A DNA stretch of 63,416 bases, the filler included, from Octopus bimaculoides (lineage: Eukaryota): assembly GCF_001194135.2 (NCBI RefSeq). It is 6 parts of 6 records of this genome, joined end to end, with 100 filler letters (N's around TTAATTAATTAA, not from the genome) between each part and the next. Parts side by side here need not be neighbours in the genome. Positions count along the whole stretch, not along the records: positions 28,133 to 51,779 come from NC_068995.1; positions 51,880 to 61,054 come from NC_068991.1; positions 61,155 to 63,416 come from NW_026358216.1; 3 more parts are not named here. The stretch is one strand, 5' to 3'. The translations under genes and the position numbers were made by a program. Within the stretch, counting starts at the first letter, position 1, and every line of letters starts with the position of its first letter. The notes beneath the pieces were generated by a model. The model searched no databases, was not told where the DNA came from, and worked only from the letters and a program-made list of their open reading frames with translations. Below, in pieces: positions 51,072 through 63,416 of this stretch.

Positions 51072-51134
<63 letters not shown>

Positions 51135-51136
<2 letters not shown>

Positions 51137-51565
51137 GAGTGAGAGAGTAATGTATGCCATCAAAATGACACTGGGCTACAAATATACGAAGCCCAATATA
51201 CCCATCATGACTATCCGTCTGATAAGGGTACACCAGGTACATGCATCACAACCATATGTGCGTGGCATGGTGATCTCATATCAAGATAAATAGCGCATGA
51301 CCTTGCAGGTGGGTCCCAGATAGAATTTTCTTCAGGCCGTGTAGCCAATCCGGCTAAAAAGGTCCCTGGTTAAGGGTTGTTTAAGGATGTTGAACGAAAG
51401 ACTCATGTTTCCAGAGGTAAAATTATTCAAATTCCAGAGAATCCCTCTCAACACATAACACGCTCCCCAACTACTTCTGCTCGTGATCAGAGGTGCATAT
51501 ATCCTCAACTATCAAGAGAAATGCTCAACTGGTTAAGGTCAAACAACTGACAAGCAAATCTGTGG
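51135..51565 (-). mobile_element. Unclassified interspersed repeat ending in (AAT)n
   Basis: Non-coding, moderately GC-balanced block with an (AAT)n 3' tail. Only one copy in the window; called from recollection of an octopus repeat. Confidence 0.4.
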
Positions 51566-51714
51566 TATTGAACAAAATATTCGTCTGAGTTTCACGTTTC
51601 CAATCCTCGGACTGAATACAAATGACACCTCCAGTCAGATGTTCCTGGACATCGAATAACCAGATGTGAGATGCTAGCTATTACACACACACACAAATAT
51701 ATGTGTGCGTTATA

Positions 51715-51779
<65 letters not shown>

Positions 51780-52001
51780 NNNNNNNNNNNNNNNNNNNNN
51801 NNNNNNNNNNNNNNNNNNNNNNNTTAATTAATTAANNNNNNNNNNNNNNNNNNNNNNNNNNNNNNNNNNNNNNNNNNNNTATGTAATAATATTTGTGTTT
51901 TTTTGTTGGTCTTTTTTCCTTTTACAAAAGTGTTTATGTTTTAACTGTAATAAAAATTAAAACAAATATTTTTATATATTAAATTTATCATATATCTATA
52001 T

Positions 52002-52080
<79 letters not shown>

Positions 52081-52232
52081 GCAGTCTTGATATCCAACTT
52101 AACGTGGATGTATAGTTCGAGTACCGAATATTGCGTTATTGAAAGCATCTCTAATATAGAGGTATGGTAAAAAGCACATATATATATAACACTGGCAGAG
52201 GAGAATCGTCCGCTATGGCCGCCGAAATTGCA

Positions 52233-52507
52233 AGATCGCGTGATTTCAACGTGACCCGTCTCTTCAGTGGTAGACATCCGGTAGCCGCATATAGCCATGT
52301 CTCACTGCCAGTGATATATGAAATTTATGTGCCCGTTGAGACACTGATATCAAAAACAGCGAAGAAGCTTATTAAAATATTATTATTTGTGAATGAAGCA
52401 ATATTAATACTAAATACGGAACTCTCACTGAAATTCCAGATATCACTGGTCGCCAGATTTGTTTGTATACCACTGAAGAGCCGGGAGACGTTGAAATCGC
52501 GTGATCT
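52233..52507. repeat. Imperfect bipartite inverted repeat, CpG-rich
   Basis: 52233-52274 vs 52466-52507 (36/42 complementary) and 52308-52326 vs 52431-52449 (17/19). Confidence 0.8.
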
Positions 52508-53705
52508 GGTTGTGCATTAGGTAGAGCGTCTTGCTGAATTAGTCACGGTTTTCAGATCAGATAATGGTAGAAAAAATTCAAAATCGAAAAATTTCTATGC
52601 GGATTCCAGATTTATTGAGGAGTTTGTACCGATCTGAAATCTGAGATCCAGATTTGAACAAATTTCTGAAACTGAAGCTTGTGTAGGGTCTCATGGAATT
52701 GAAGATTGCAGCTTCCCTATCTCTAGCATTAATTTGGTCTAACGGGTCTTGCGATATCATGTATTTGACTTAGACAGAAAGAAGTTACGTAATTAATTAA
52801 ATGAATCCATATTCCGATGACTGTTATACTTATGGTAAGGGAATTTTGAGGCGAAGAAACGAAATGCTATGTTGGGACATTTATGTTTATGACCGGGATT
52901 GGGTCACGGACTGACCGTCGTTTCAGTTTGTTGGCCGAAAATGCAGCACGAGAGTTTGTGAGAACAAAAACCGTGTTCAACGTGTTTAATGCGTCTTTCC
53001 TTGGACGTTTTTAAAGAAAACTTAAACTGATTGATGAAGCGATTCATGCTATTGATATTACACGATCAGCTTGTAACTTCATTATTTGCCTGTAATGAAT
53101 AAAGACAGGAAGAAAAGTTATAATAGAGCAAGGAGCTGACGACCGGCATGTACAATTTTCACGACTCATGTCAGTTCATAAGAGATGAGATGGCTACGTT
53201 TACGCTACATTCAGAACAAACCTCGTACATTTGTAAGCCGTATACACATACATAAGGAAAACGAGATAGACATTGAGAGAAAAAGACAGTATATTTAAGT
53301 AAATACACAATAAAACTGAAACAATATATAAATGCTGATTGACTGACATTGAAATAAATAAATTTACTGTAAAAGTCACATAAAGAGACATAAATCGATT
53401 GATAAATGTTTTTGTTTACAGGAAGACCGATAAATACTGATAGTGATATGATTTGACACCATGCAATAAACAGAATAACTCGGGAATAATCTGTATATCT
53501 TTTCTTGAGCGTAACTCTTCTGAAATATTTAAAAGTACATGTATTTTGTTGTTATTTTGAATATACTATACATTCACTGACAACTTTCAGGAAAAGATAG
53601 CATGATAAGGCATGTAAAAAAAAAACTAACATTGGCGTAGAAACATTTCAGCGAAGAAACTGACTGAAAGAAGCAGACGACACATCTTGCGAAGACATTC
53701 ATTGC

Positions 53706-53757
<52 letters not shown>

Positions 53758-53873
53758 GAGGAGGAGGAGGAGGAGGAGGTGTTTCTTGTAGAGCGAGAAG
53801 GATAAAAAATATGTATATTATGAGTGATATAGTTATGTATGTATTTACGCATGTATTTACATATATCTATGTA

Positions 53874-53967
<94 letters not shown>

Positions 53968-53972
<5 letters not shown>

Positions 53973-54155
53973 AATTCACACCTCATGGTTTGTTTATGTC
54001 CACGTAACCTAACGTTTCGGCAAAGGAAATCGATAGAATAAGAACCACTCTTTACAAAAAATAAATAATTATCGGAGTAGATTTGTTCAACTAAACTCTT
54101 GAAAGGGGTGCCCCAGCATGGCCTGAGTCTAATGAATGAAACAAGTAAAAGCTTT
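53968..54155 (+). mobile_element. Family D copy (diverged) after long (TG)n
   Basis: gtttatgtccacgtaacct..gttcggc...ccccagcatggcc...aatgaaacaagtaaaag. Confidence 0.7.
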
Positions 54156-54204
54156 AAGTGAAATATTAATACACTACTCACAATGAGCATTGGCAAAGCA
54201 GTCA

Positions 54205-54665
54205 CGTGATATTAGTTACAAATTTTGGCACAAGGCCTGCAATTTCGGGGTAGGGGCTAAATCGATTACATCGACCCCAGTATTCAACCGGTACTTGTTT
54301 TATCGACCCCGAAAGGATGAAAGGCAAAGTCGACCTCAGCGGAATTTGAACACAGAACGTGAAGACGGACGAAATACCGCGAAGCATTTTGTCCGGTGTG
54401 CTAAGGTTTCTGCCAGCTCACCGCCTTTGGATTATGATAATATTCTTTTCTACTCTAGGCACAAGGCCCAGAAATTTGGGGGAAGGGACCAGTCGATTAC
54501 ATCGACCCCAGTACGCAACTGGTACTTAGTTTATCGACCCCGAAAGGATAAAAGGCAAAGTCAACCTCGGCGGAATTTGAACACAGTACGTGAAGACGGA
54601 AGAAATTCCGCGACGCATTTTGTCCGGCGCGCTAATGATTCTGTTTGGCGTGCTAATAATCCGCC
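54205..54665 (-). mobile_element. Two head-to-tail SINE family C copies
   Basis: 54215-54425 and 54440-54665, both with full head, central domain and tail. Confidence 0.85.
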
Positions 54666-55561
54666 TTGGATTATCGTAATATTGATTAAATACCATGTGA
54701 CTGTTTATTAATTATCAACAGTCACGTAGTATTGATTAAACACCAAATTTTGAAGTTATTTTAAAAGACATACAATACCCTCGTAGATAAATTAACAATC
54801 TACATCGTTGGAATTATTGTTTTGAAGTTCAAATGTATTCCTCTTGTGGTCTCTTGTACCTGTAACCATTCTTAATTTGTAAAAGATGTTGATGTTTATC
54901 TCACGCATATTCTAAATATCACGCTGAAAAACTATTCCAGAATTAAATGTCATAAAAAAACAAAAATAGAATCAATCTGTCATACATATGTATGTAATTA
55001 TGTATATATATATATATNNNNNNNNNNNNNNNNNNNNNNNNNNNNNNNNNNNNNNNNNNNNNNNNNNNNNNNNNNNNNNNNNNNNNNNNNNNNNNNNNNN
55101 NNNNNNNNNNNNNNNNNNNNNNNNNNNNNNNNNNNNNNNNNNNNNNNNNNNNNNNNNNNNNNNNNNNNNNNNNNNNNNNNNNNNNNNNNNNNNNNNNNNN
55201 NNNNNNNNNNNNNNNNNNNNNNNNNNNNNNNNNNNNNNNNNNNNNNNNNNNNNNNNNNNNNNNNNNNNNNNNNNNNNNNNNNNNNNNNNNNNNNNNNNNN
55301 NNNNNNNNNNNNNNNNNNNNNNNNNNNNNNNNNNNNNNNNNNNNNNNNNNNNNNNNNNNNNNNNNNNNNNNNNNNNNNNNNNNNNNNNNNNNNNNNNNNN
55401 NNNNNNNNNNNNNNNNNNNNNNNNNNNNNNNNNNNNNNNNNNNNNNNNNNNNNNNNNNNNNNNNNNNNNNNNNNNNNNNNNNNNNNNNNNNNNNNNNNNN
55501 NNNATATATACATATATATACCTGATCCTACCACTAAGAGAAAAGTACACGATAGAGAGAC

Positions 55562-55600
<39 letters not shown>

Positions 55601-56494
55601 AACACATATATAAACACGTCTCTATTTCATGATCTCTTCAATCATTAAAGCAAATGCGCTTTCACCTTTCAATATATATCTTTATTTCTGTCAATCAATC
55701 AGGAAGAATTTCAGGGAATCAGGAAACTAGGATAGCTTCATTGTCTAAATATTTATTTATCATTTATTTATCATTCTAAATAGTGAAGTTTATATTATTT
55801 GTTATATTTTCAATACTCTACATTGAGAGTTCACATTCATACTACGGCTGATTCTAGATTCCATTTTGGCTGTATAATTTGTATATTGTGACAGAATAGG
55901 GGGTTTGACTTTCTTCGTGGAGCATCATTATGACTCGTTTCGGCCCTCAGAACGGTGTCAGGCTAGGGCATCGCGTTGATGGGCTTTGTAAAACAAAGCG
56001 AATCAAGTGCATATTTTAGTTATGTTTTATGAACTGGATGTCAAGTATTAACCAATACTTTCTTGGAGAAACGCTACAATGGCATCAAACCTTGGTTGGG
56101 ACAAAAATCATAAACAAAAAAAATGGATTCCTCTCACCTGAACACCTTTGACAAAGTTGTTATTAAAGCGAATTACTGCTCTCATACTACAGTCAAGATG
56201 CAGGATATTTTATTGCATTATTAAATACAATGGTTGTACATTACTGCATAACGATTTGTTTTGTCAATATAAACGTGTTTTAAAGATAACGTCAGTTTGC
56301 AACTATCGCCATATTTAGCAGATAGAATTGATTATAACAAAATGTTTAATAATGTGGAGACTTGTTTAGTAGATTCTGGGATTAGGTGTGACTTTCATTT
56401 GTAGTACACCGGATTAGCGTCAGGTGTTCTTTGGTGATTTTTTAATCCACGTGTGTTGAAGATTAAGTCTTTTATCCTTGCTTCTATCTTTTAA

Positions 56495-56645
56495 TCGTTT
56501 CAGGCATTAGACACCCAGTACTTAGTTTTAAAGCCTAGTACTTGTTCTACCTATTTCTTCTGCCGAACCGCTAGGTTACAGGGATGTATACACATCAACA
56601 CTGGCTGTCAAGCGGTGAGGGAAGCAAACACTGGCGCAGAGACAC
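56495..56645 (-). mobile_element. Family D copy, partial
   Basis: aagcctagtactt...tgccgaaccgctag.ttacaggga.gta...gtcaagcg, followed by (CA)n. Confidence 0.7.
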
Positions 56646-56732
56646 ACACATACACACGAACACATACATATATATGCATGTATATATGTACGTATGTATG
56701 TATGCATACTTATATATACACATATATACATA

Positions 56733-56799
<67 letters not shown>

Positions 56800-56803
<4 letters not shown>

Positions 56804-56965
56804 GACGGGCTTCTTTCAGTTTCCATTTACGAAATCTACTCACAAAGCTTTGATCAGCATGAGGCTATGGAAGAAGTCACCTGCCCAAAGTGCCAGGCAA
56901 TGAGACTGAACTTGGAACCGTGTGGTTGGAGAGCAAATTTCTTGACACAGAGCCACGCCTCCACC
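56800..56965 (-). mobile_element. SINE family E ending in (TA)n
   Basis: acgacgggcttctttcagtttcc...gcccaaagtgcc...gactgaacttggaacc.tgtggttg...cacagagccacgcct. Confidence 0.8.
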
Positions 56966-57010
56966 TAATAAATGAAAAACCTTTCCTTAATGAATTTGTT
57001 AAACGTTTAG

Positions 57011-57178
57011 TTAATTAGCGAATAGTAATTCAATATAACGATGAAGATCGCATTCGACCCCAGGCAATTTCTTTGTATAGTGCGAAAGGAAGAAACCTTC
57101 CAAGACAGCGATGATTTCAGTCAAATCTTCGGCTCCTATCCCTACTTCAAATACGCCGTCATTCAATATGCCGTCATG
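57011..57178 (-). CDS. Candidate terminal coding exon, family not recognised
   Basis: ATTTATTTTCCAG| acceptor, then 55 open codons HDGILNDGVFEVGIGAEDLTEIIAVLEGFFLSHYTKKLPGVECDLHRYIELLFAN*, with G-rich first codon positions. Confidence 0.3.
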   Translation of the reverse strand, partial: HDGILNDGVFEVGIGAEDLTEIIAVLEGFFLSHYTKKLPGVECDLHRYIELLFAN

Positions 57179-57966
57179 CTGGAAAATAAATTTCCTTTCC
57201 CAAATTATTTAAAATTCCTTATCCGGGTCTTTTATAAATACTTGTGCAAAATACACAACTTTCAGAAGCAATTTCTCAGTAATAGCATTTTAGTAATCAG
57301 CATATGTAATTGTACGAATTTTGATTCTTGAACTATTATGCGTTCTTTCAGAATTGTAGCATTGGTAATAATTTGGTTTTACAGGACGATCTCATGTAGT
57401 CTAGGTTTGTGTTACTCTTTTCTTATATTTTTATTTCAAACGCTAACATCACATATGATGTGGTTAACAGTGCACATTCAAAGTTTCGATATACGAAGAT
57501 TCAGGTGGTTAGCACATTTCTTCTGCAGACACTGTAACGGACAAAATACGAAACTGAAATTGGTATTGAAATATTGTGTCTATCAAATAACATTTTATTG
57601 CGACCGTTTAAAGAGGAATTCGTTTCAATAATTGGAAATCTACAATGTTCAAATACAGACAACGCTTTATAGAATAAATAAACAAAATGGAAAACATTGC
57701 GACCATATTTTCGTACAGTCTTATAGGAAGTATATTCAAACGAATACGATCACAGTTTATCTAATACAATCACAAGCAGCTATAGGAGAATCGACAAAAA
57801 TATTATCAACGAAACACAGCTTTTTCCCAATAGTCCGTACATCACCTTTAAAGATCCTAAACCTAACTTGCAACAGAAACTATCACTAGGCAACGTTAAC
57901 TACTCGAAATGTGATACTGGCGTTGTAAGTATTGAAACAAAACTAGATGGAACAGTCCCGCAACTC

Positions 57967-58101
<135 letters not shown>

Positions 58102-58415
58102 CAAGCACTACAAAGAAATGAATAGAAAACATCCCTTGTCTCATGTTCTGCTATTGTATGTGTTTTTATTTTCGCATTGTCTCATTGTCTATGTATGTAT
58201 CTGTGTGTATGTATGTGTGTGTGTATGTGTGTGCGCGTGGATGCGTACGTATGTGTGTGTCTGTGTCTATGCAAGGCTGTATGTATATTTGCAGAGACAG
58301 GGGGGAAGAGGTGGCTGGAGAGAAAGACATAAGTTTATTCTAGAAGTTTATTTATGGATATATACACCCACACATACATACATGCATGCATACATATGCA
58401 TATCTCTCTCTCTCC

Positions 58416-58469
<54 letters not shown>

Positions 58470-58601
58470 GCACATGTATACACACAAGCACGTCTAATTG
58501 CAAGCTTGTACATGTTTAATGTATTCTTGTGCGTATTAAATTTCATTGTTGAATCTTCAGCACAAATATTTGAAAATTACATATATATATAAATATAATA
58601 A

Positions 58602-58664
<63 letters not shown>

Positions 58665-59464
58665 AACACACAAACACAAACACACATACATATATAAATC
58701 AAATGTAAAAAACAACAAAGGGAAATCGTCAAAACATAACAAGCAGGAAAAGAACGACAGCACAACAACGGCAAATAGGACAAAACAAGATACACGGATC
58801 ATTCGAATCCAATTGCTTCTTCAATCGGAGTCTGGAATGTCCGTGTAGTTTCACCCACTCCTCTCTGATACTACCCGAAACCATTTGGGCCAAGGGCTTA
58901 AGTTGAAGGCATTAAGCTCCTGAGCAAGGCAAACGAATGTACATATACAAACACAAGGAAATAGCAAACAGAAAGGGTCTTTTGACTATCGGACGAATGT
59001 AACATAAGAAATAGAATTATACATATATAATGGACAAAAGCCTTTCGGCTATACAACAGCAGTGAAACAAAACAGAGTCTTCCGACTATCAGACAGTATA
59101 GTAAGCTATATATNNNNNNNNNNNNNNNNNNNNNNNNNNNNNNNNNNNNNNNNNNNNNNNNNNNNNNNNNNNNNNNNNNNNNNNNNNNNNNNNNNNNNNN
59201 NNNNNNNNNNNNNATGCATGTATGTATGTATGTATGTATGTATGTATGTATGTATGTATGCAACGAGGATTCGTGGATACAGCATTCAGGAAGTGAATAT
59301 AGAGAATATAGAGTAATTTTTACTGAGCACAAAGTTATATGAGTTACTCAAGGGCTTACAGCTTCGTGATGGTCAGCTATCAAAGTGATTGATGCATCGC
59401 ATACAGAAGCTCCCGCCCTTTGAGTCACCACTGTGACTTTACTCCGCTGAAAAATTATATCTAT

Positions 59465-59509
<45 letters not shown>

Positions 59510-59629
59510 TTTCTTTATTAGCCACACAGGGCCGAACATAGAGGGGACAAAATACAAAGTAGGGTTTTTGTTTTCGAAAGAAAAAAGAAAATAGAAAAAA
59601 ATTGATAGATAGACATATATACATACGTG

Positions 59630-59671
<42 letters not shown>

Positions 59672-60002
59672 AATATATATATATACATATATATATACAC
59701 ACACACAATGATATTTGTGTGTGTATGTGTGCGTGTGCGTGTAAGTAGCATGGGGTTGAATCAAAATGTTTTAGATAATATATATATATGTGTGTGTGTG
59801 CGTGTGTGTGTGTGTATACATGTGTATGTGTGTGTGTGTGTACATACATACACATATACATATATATACAAATGAAAATAGATAGATAGGTAGACAGATA
59901 GGAAGATACAACGAGAGGGATATAGACGTAGAGAGACCTACTGAGTGAGTGGGAAGGAGGGAGACAGAAAGAAATAAAGAAAGAAAGAAAGAAAGAAATA
60001 AA

Positions 60003-60044
<42 letters not shown>

Positions 60045-60057
60045 AGGAAAGAAAGAT

Positions 60058-60088
<31 letters not shown>

Positions 60089-60180
60089 AAAATGATATGA
60101 AGAGAGATGACTGGATTGACAGAGTGTGAGGGATTTTGAGAGAGAAAGACGGAGAGAGGGAGAGAGAGAGGGAAAGGGAG

Positions 60181-60212
<32 letters not shown>

Positions 60213-60450
60213 TCAGTAAAGGGAGATAGGCGGGTGGGATATATTGGCATACATAAAGATAGGTTGTCAGACAGACAAACAAATCGATAGGTCGAACGGT
60301 AGATAGATATGTTAGGTCAATGGAAAACAGACTGACAGGCAGAAAAGCGGCCAGATAATTATATAGATAGACGCATTTCAAGATAGACATATAGACAGAG
60401 AAAACATCATATATCAGAGAATTCATGCAGAAAGACAGACAGGGACGCAA

Positions 60451-60504
<54 letters not shown>

Positions 60505-60553
60505 NNNNNNNNNNTAGATAGATAGATAGATAGATAGATAGACAGACAGACAC

Positions 60554-60619
<66 letters not shown>

Positions 60620-61017
60620 TCGAACATATATCCCGAAGGAGACATAGGAGAGCTATATATATATGTGTGTATGTGTGTGTGTGTGTGTGTGTGTCTACGT
60701 ATGTTAAAAGTCAAAATGTGTCTCATATATTTGAATATTTGATTTTCTTTAATTTACTCATTATCAATGGTGCATAATATTTTTAGTATGTTTATAGGTT
60801 TATCAGAATATCCGGGTATATATGTAAATATATGTATAAACTTACACATACAAACATTCACCCACACACGCATATATGCGTACGGCGTATAAGCCTGTAT
60901 GCCAGTAACTATGCATATATATATGTGTGTGTATATATATATATTTATATATGCACATATATATGTGTATATATATATATGCACATAAATATATATATAT
61001 ATGTATATATATGTATA

Positions 61018-61054
<37 letters not shown>

Positions 61055-61189
61055 NNNNNNNNNNNNNNNNNNNNNNNNNNNNNNNNNNNNNNNNNNNNTT
61101 AATTAATTAANNNNNNNNNNNNNNNNNNNNNNNNNNNNNNNNNNNNNNNNNNNNTTTATTTATGATTATTATTATTATTATTATTATTA

Positions 61190-61254
<65 letters not shown>

Positions 61255-61300
61255 ATTATTATTATTATTATTACTATTACTACTACTACTAATGATGATG

Positions 61301-61334
<34 letters not shown>

Positions 61335-61454
61335 TAATAATAATAAGGATAATAATGCTATTACTATTAACATTTATTGCTGTTGTTATTACTATTATTA
61401 TGATTACTACTACTACTACAACTACTATTACTACTACTACTACTAATAATAATG

Positions 61455-61517
<63 letters not shown>

Positions 61518-61564
61518 CTATTTTTATTGACACTATTGTTATTGTTATTATTTCTATATTATTA

Positions 61565-61631
<67 letters not shown>

Positions 61632-62072
61632 CATCATCATCATCATCATCATCATTGCAAGTTACTGGATTCAGCAAATATCGTGGTTCCGAACACACAC
61701 CAGATCCCTTGAGAGAATGCGACAACTTTAACGCAACATCTGCAGCGCTGTGCGAAATATGTTTTATGGAAGCAAAACACGAAATTTTTTGCGTTCGTTC
61801 AATTGAATCACTTTATTATCAAAAACTGGATCTCAGTCGGTATCAACAACGAACGTTCAGATGCTTGAGCAAGCAAAACTATTTGTTCATTCATTAATTT
61901 TACGAGTAAGTGGCTGAGAATTCCACAGACACAAGTATCTTTAACGGAATTCATAGAAAAACCTCAGCATGATTCGAATCACTCGTAAGCTATTGGCACA
62001 TTTTCCGATTTATCTTTCGAATATTTTAAATACAGAGTCGATAATAGCAACCGATAATGGTAAATAGCTATC

Positions 62073-62127
<55 letters not shown>

Positions 62128-62819
62128 NNNNNNNNNNNNNNNNNNNNNNNNNNNNNNNNNNNNNNNNNNNNNNNNNNNNNNNNNNNNNNNNNNNNNNNNN
62201 NNNNNNNNNNNNNNNNNNNNNNNNNNNNNNNNNNNNNNNNNNNNNNNNNNNNNNNNNNNNNNNNNNNNNNNNNNNNNNNNNNNNNNNNNNNNNNNNNNNN
62301 NNNNNNNNNNNNNNNNNNNNNNNNNNNNNNNNNNNNNNNNNNNNNNNNNNNNNNNNNNNNNNNNNNNNNNNNNNNNNNNNNNNNNNNNNNNNNNNNNNNN
62401 NNNNNNNNNNNNNNNNNNNNNNNNNNNNNNNNNNNNNNNNNNNNNNNNNNNNNNNNNNNNNNNNNNNNNNNNNNNNNNNNNNNNNNNNNNNNNNNNNNNN
62501 NNNNNNNNNNNNNNNNNNNNNNNNNNNNNNNNNNNNNNNNNNNNNNNNNNNNNNNNNNNNNNNNNNNNNNNNNNNNNNNNNNNNNNNNNNNNNNNNNNNN
62601 NNNNNNNNNNNNNNNNNNNNNNNNNNNNNNNNNNNNNNNNNNNNNNNNNNNNNNNNNNNNNNNNNNNNNNNNNNNNNNNNNNNNNNNNNNNNNNNNNNNN
62701 NNNNNNNNNNNNNNNNNNNNNNNNNNNNNNNNNNNNNNNNNNNNNNNNNNNNNNNNNNNNNNNNNNNNNNNNNNNNNNNNNNNNNNNNNNNNNNNNNNNN
62801 NNNNNNNNNNNNNNNNNNT

Positions 62820-63020
62820 ACTTCCTGTTTCTGTTGTACCTGTAATTCATAGGGCCAGCCTTGTCACACTGTGTCACGCTGAATATCCCCGAGAACAACG
62901 TTAAGGGTACACGTGTCTGTGGAGTGCTCAGCCACTTGCACGTTAATTTCACGGGCAAGCTGTTCCGTTAATCGGATCAACTGGAACAGCCCTCACCGTC
63001 ACAACCGATGGAGTGTCACG
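62820..63020 (+). mobile_element. SINE tail X with end of head A (5' part lies in the gap)
   Basis: cttcctgtttctgttgtacctgtaattc...ggagtgctcagccacttgcacgttaatttcacg...gatggagtg. Confidence 0.8.
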
Positions 63021-63416
63021 ATTGCGATTGTAGCTAGATTCTTTGACATTTCTATAAAATGCATTCTATATTTTGAGAGGTAACGTAAAGGTAATAATGT
63101 TGTCATTGTCTATTCTTGTCTTCTTGTCTAGATTTATGTCTATGTGTTGTATGTCATAGTGACTGTGGCAAAAACTAATTTATATTACTGAAGCATGGGT
63201 AGACGGCGCGAAAGTGCAGTGATCGTATGTCATGTCACACGAAACAGATTTCCTACGTTGAATCTGTATGCATGTGTATGTATGTGATATGTGTGTATAT
63301 CTATATGTGTATGTGTATATATGTGTGTGTGTGTGTTTGTGTATGTAAGTATGTATGAATGTACATATAATATACATGCGTACATGTATATACCTATATA
63401 CATAGTAACCGAATAT

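Noticed and set aside
52578-52760. Minus ORF MISQDPLDQINARD...
   Set aside because: Only a vague resemblance to PI3K helical motifs; no supporting exons, and it overlaps equally plausible plus frames.
55925-55975. Minus-strand GCCCT..AGGGC-C-GAAAC-GA-GTC
   Set aside because: No CUGANGA box.

Overview
AT-rich, microsatellite-dense metazoan DNA with roughly 9 kb of N gaps. It is most likely an octopus (coleoid cephalopod) draft assembly; this is inferred from the [17 protein letters not shown] finger style and the repeat families. The only clearly intact gene is a single-exon 18-finger C2H2 zinc-finger ORF (4340-5917) with no effector domain in this exon. The rest is a retroelement landscape: several tRNA-derived SINE families, RTE, R4/Dong-type, HERO-like, Tx1/L1 and CR1-group LINE relics, an hAT-type transposase relic and a Tc1-type transposase relic with DD36E spacing. 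The most unusual signals are: (1) hammerhead-ribozyme motifs from at least three different sequence families, one sitting downstream of a tRNA-type Pol III head inside a head-to-head inverted duplication (7125-7665), i.e. a candidate Pol III-driven, Penelope-mobilised, self-cleaving SINE/retrozyme; (2) a second inverted-arm element enclosing a tRNA-like head (8245-8602); (3) combinatorial head/tail shuffling among SINEs; (4) a decayed spliced gene on the minus strand (about 9.9-13.1 kb) and other coding-like islands. Five N44-TTAATTAATTAA-N44 spacers are artificial joins, so adjacency across them is uncertain. No database searches were run; family names come from recalled motifs, and many repeat boundaries are approximate.
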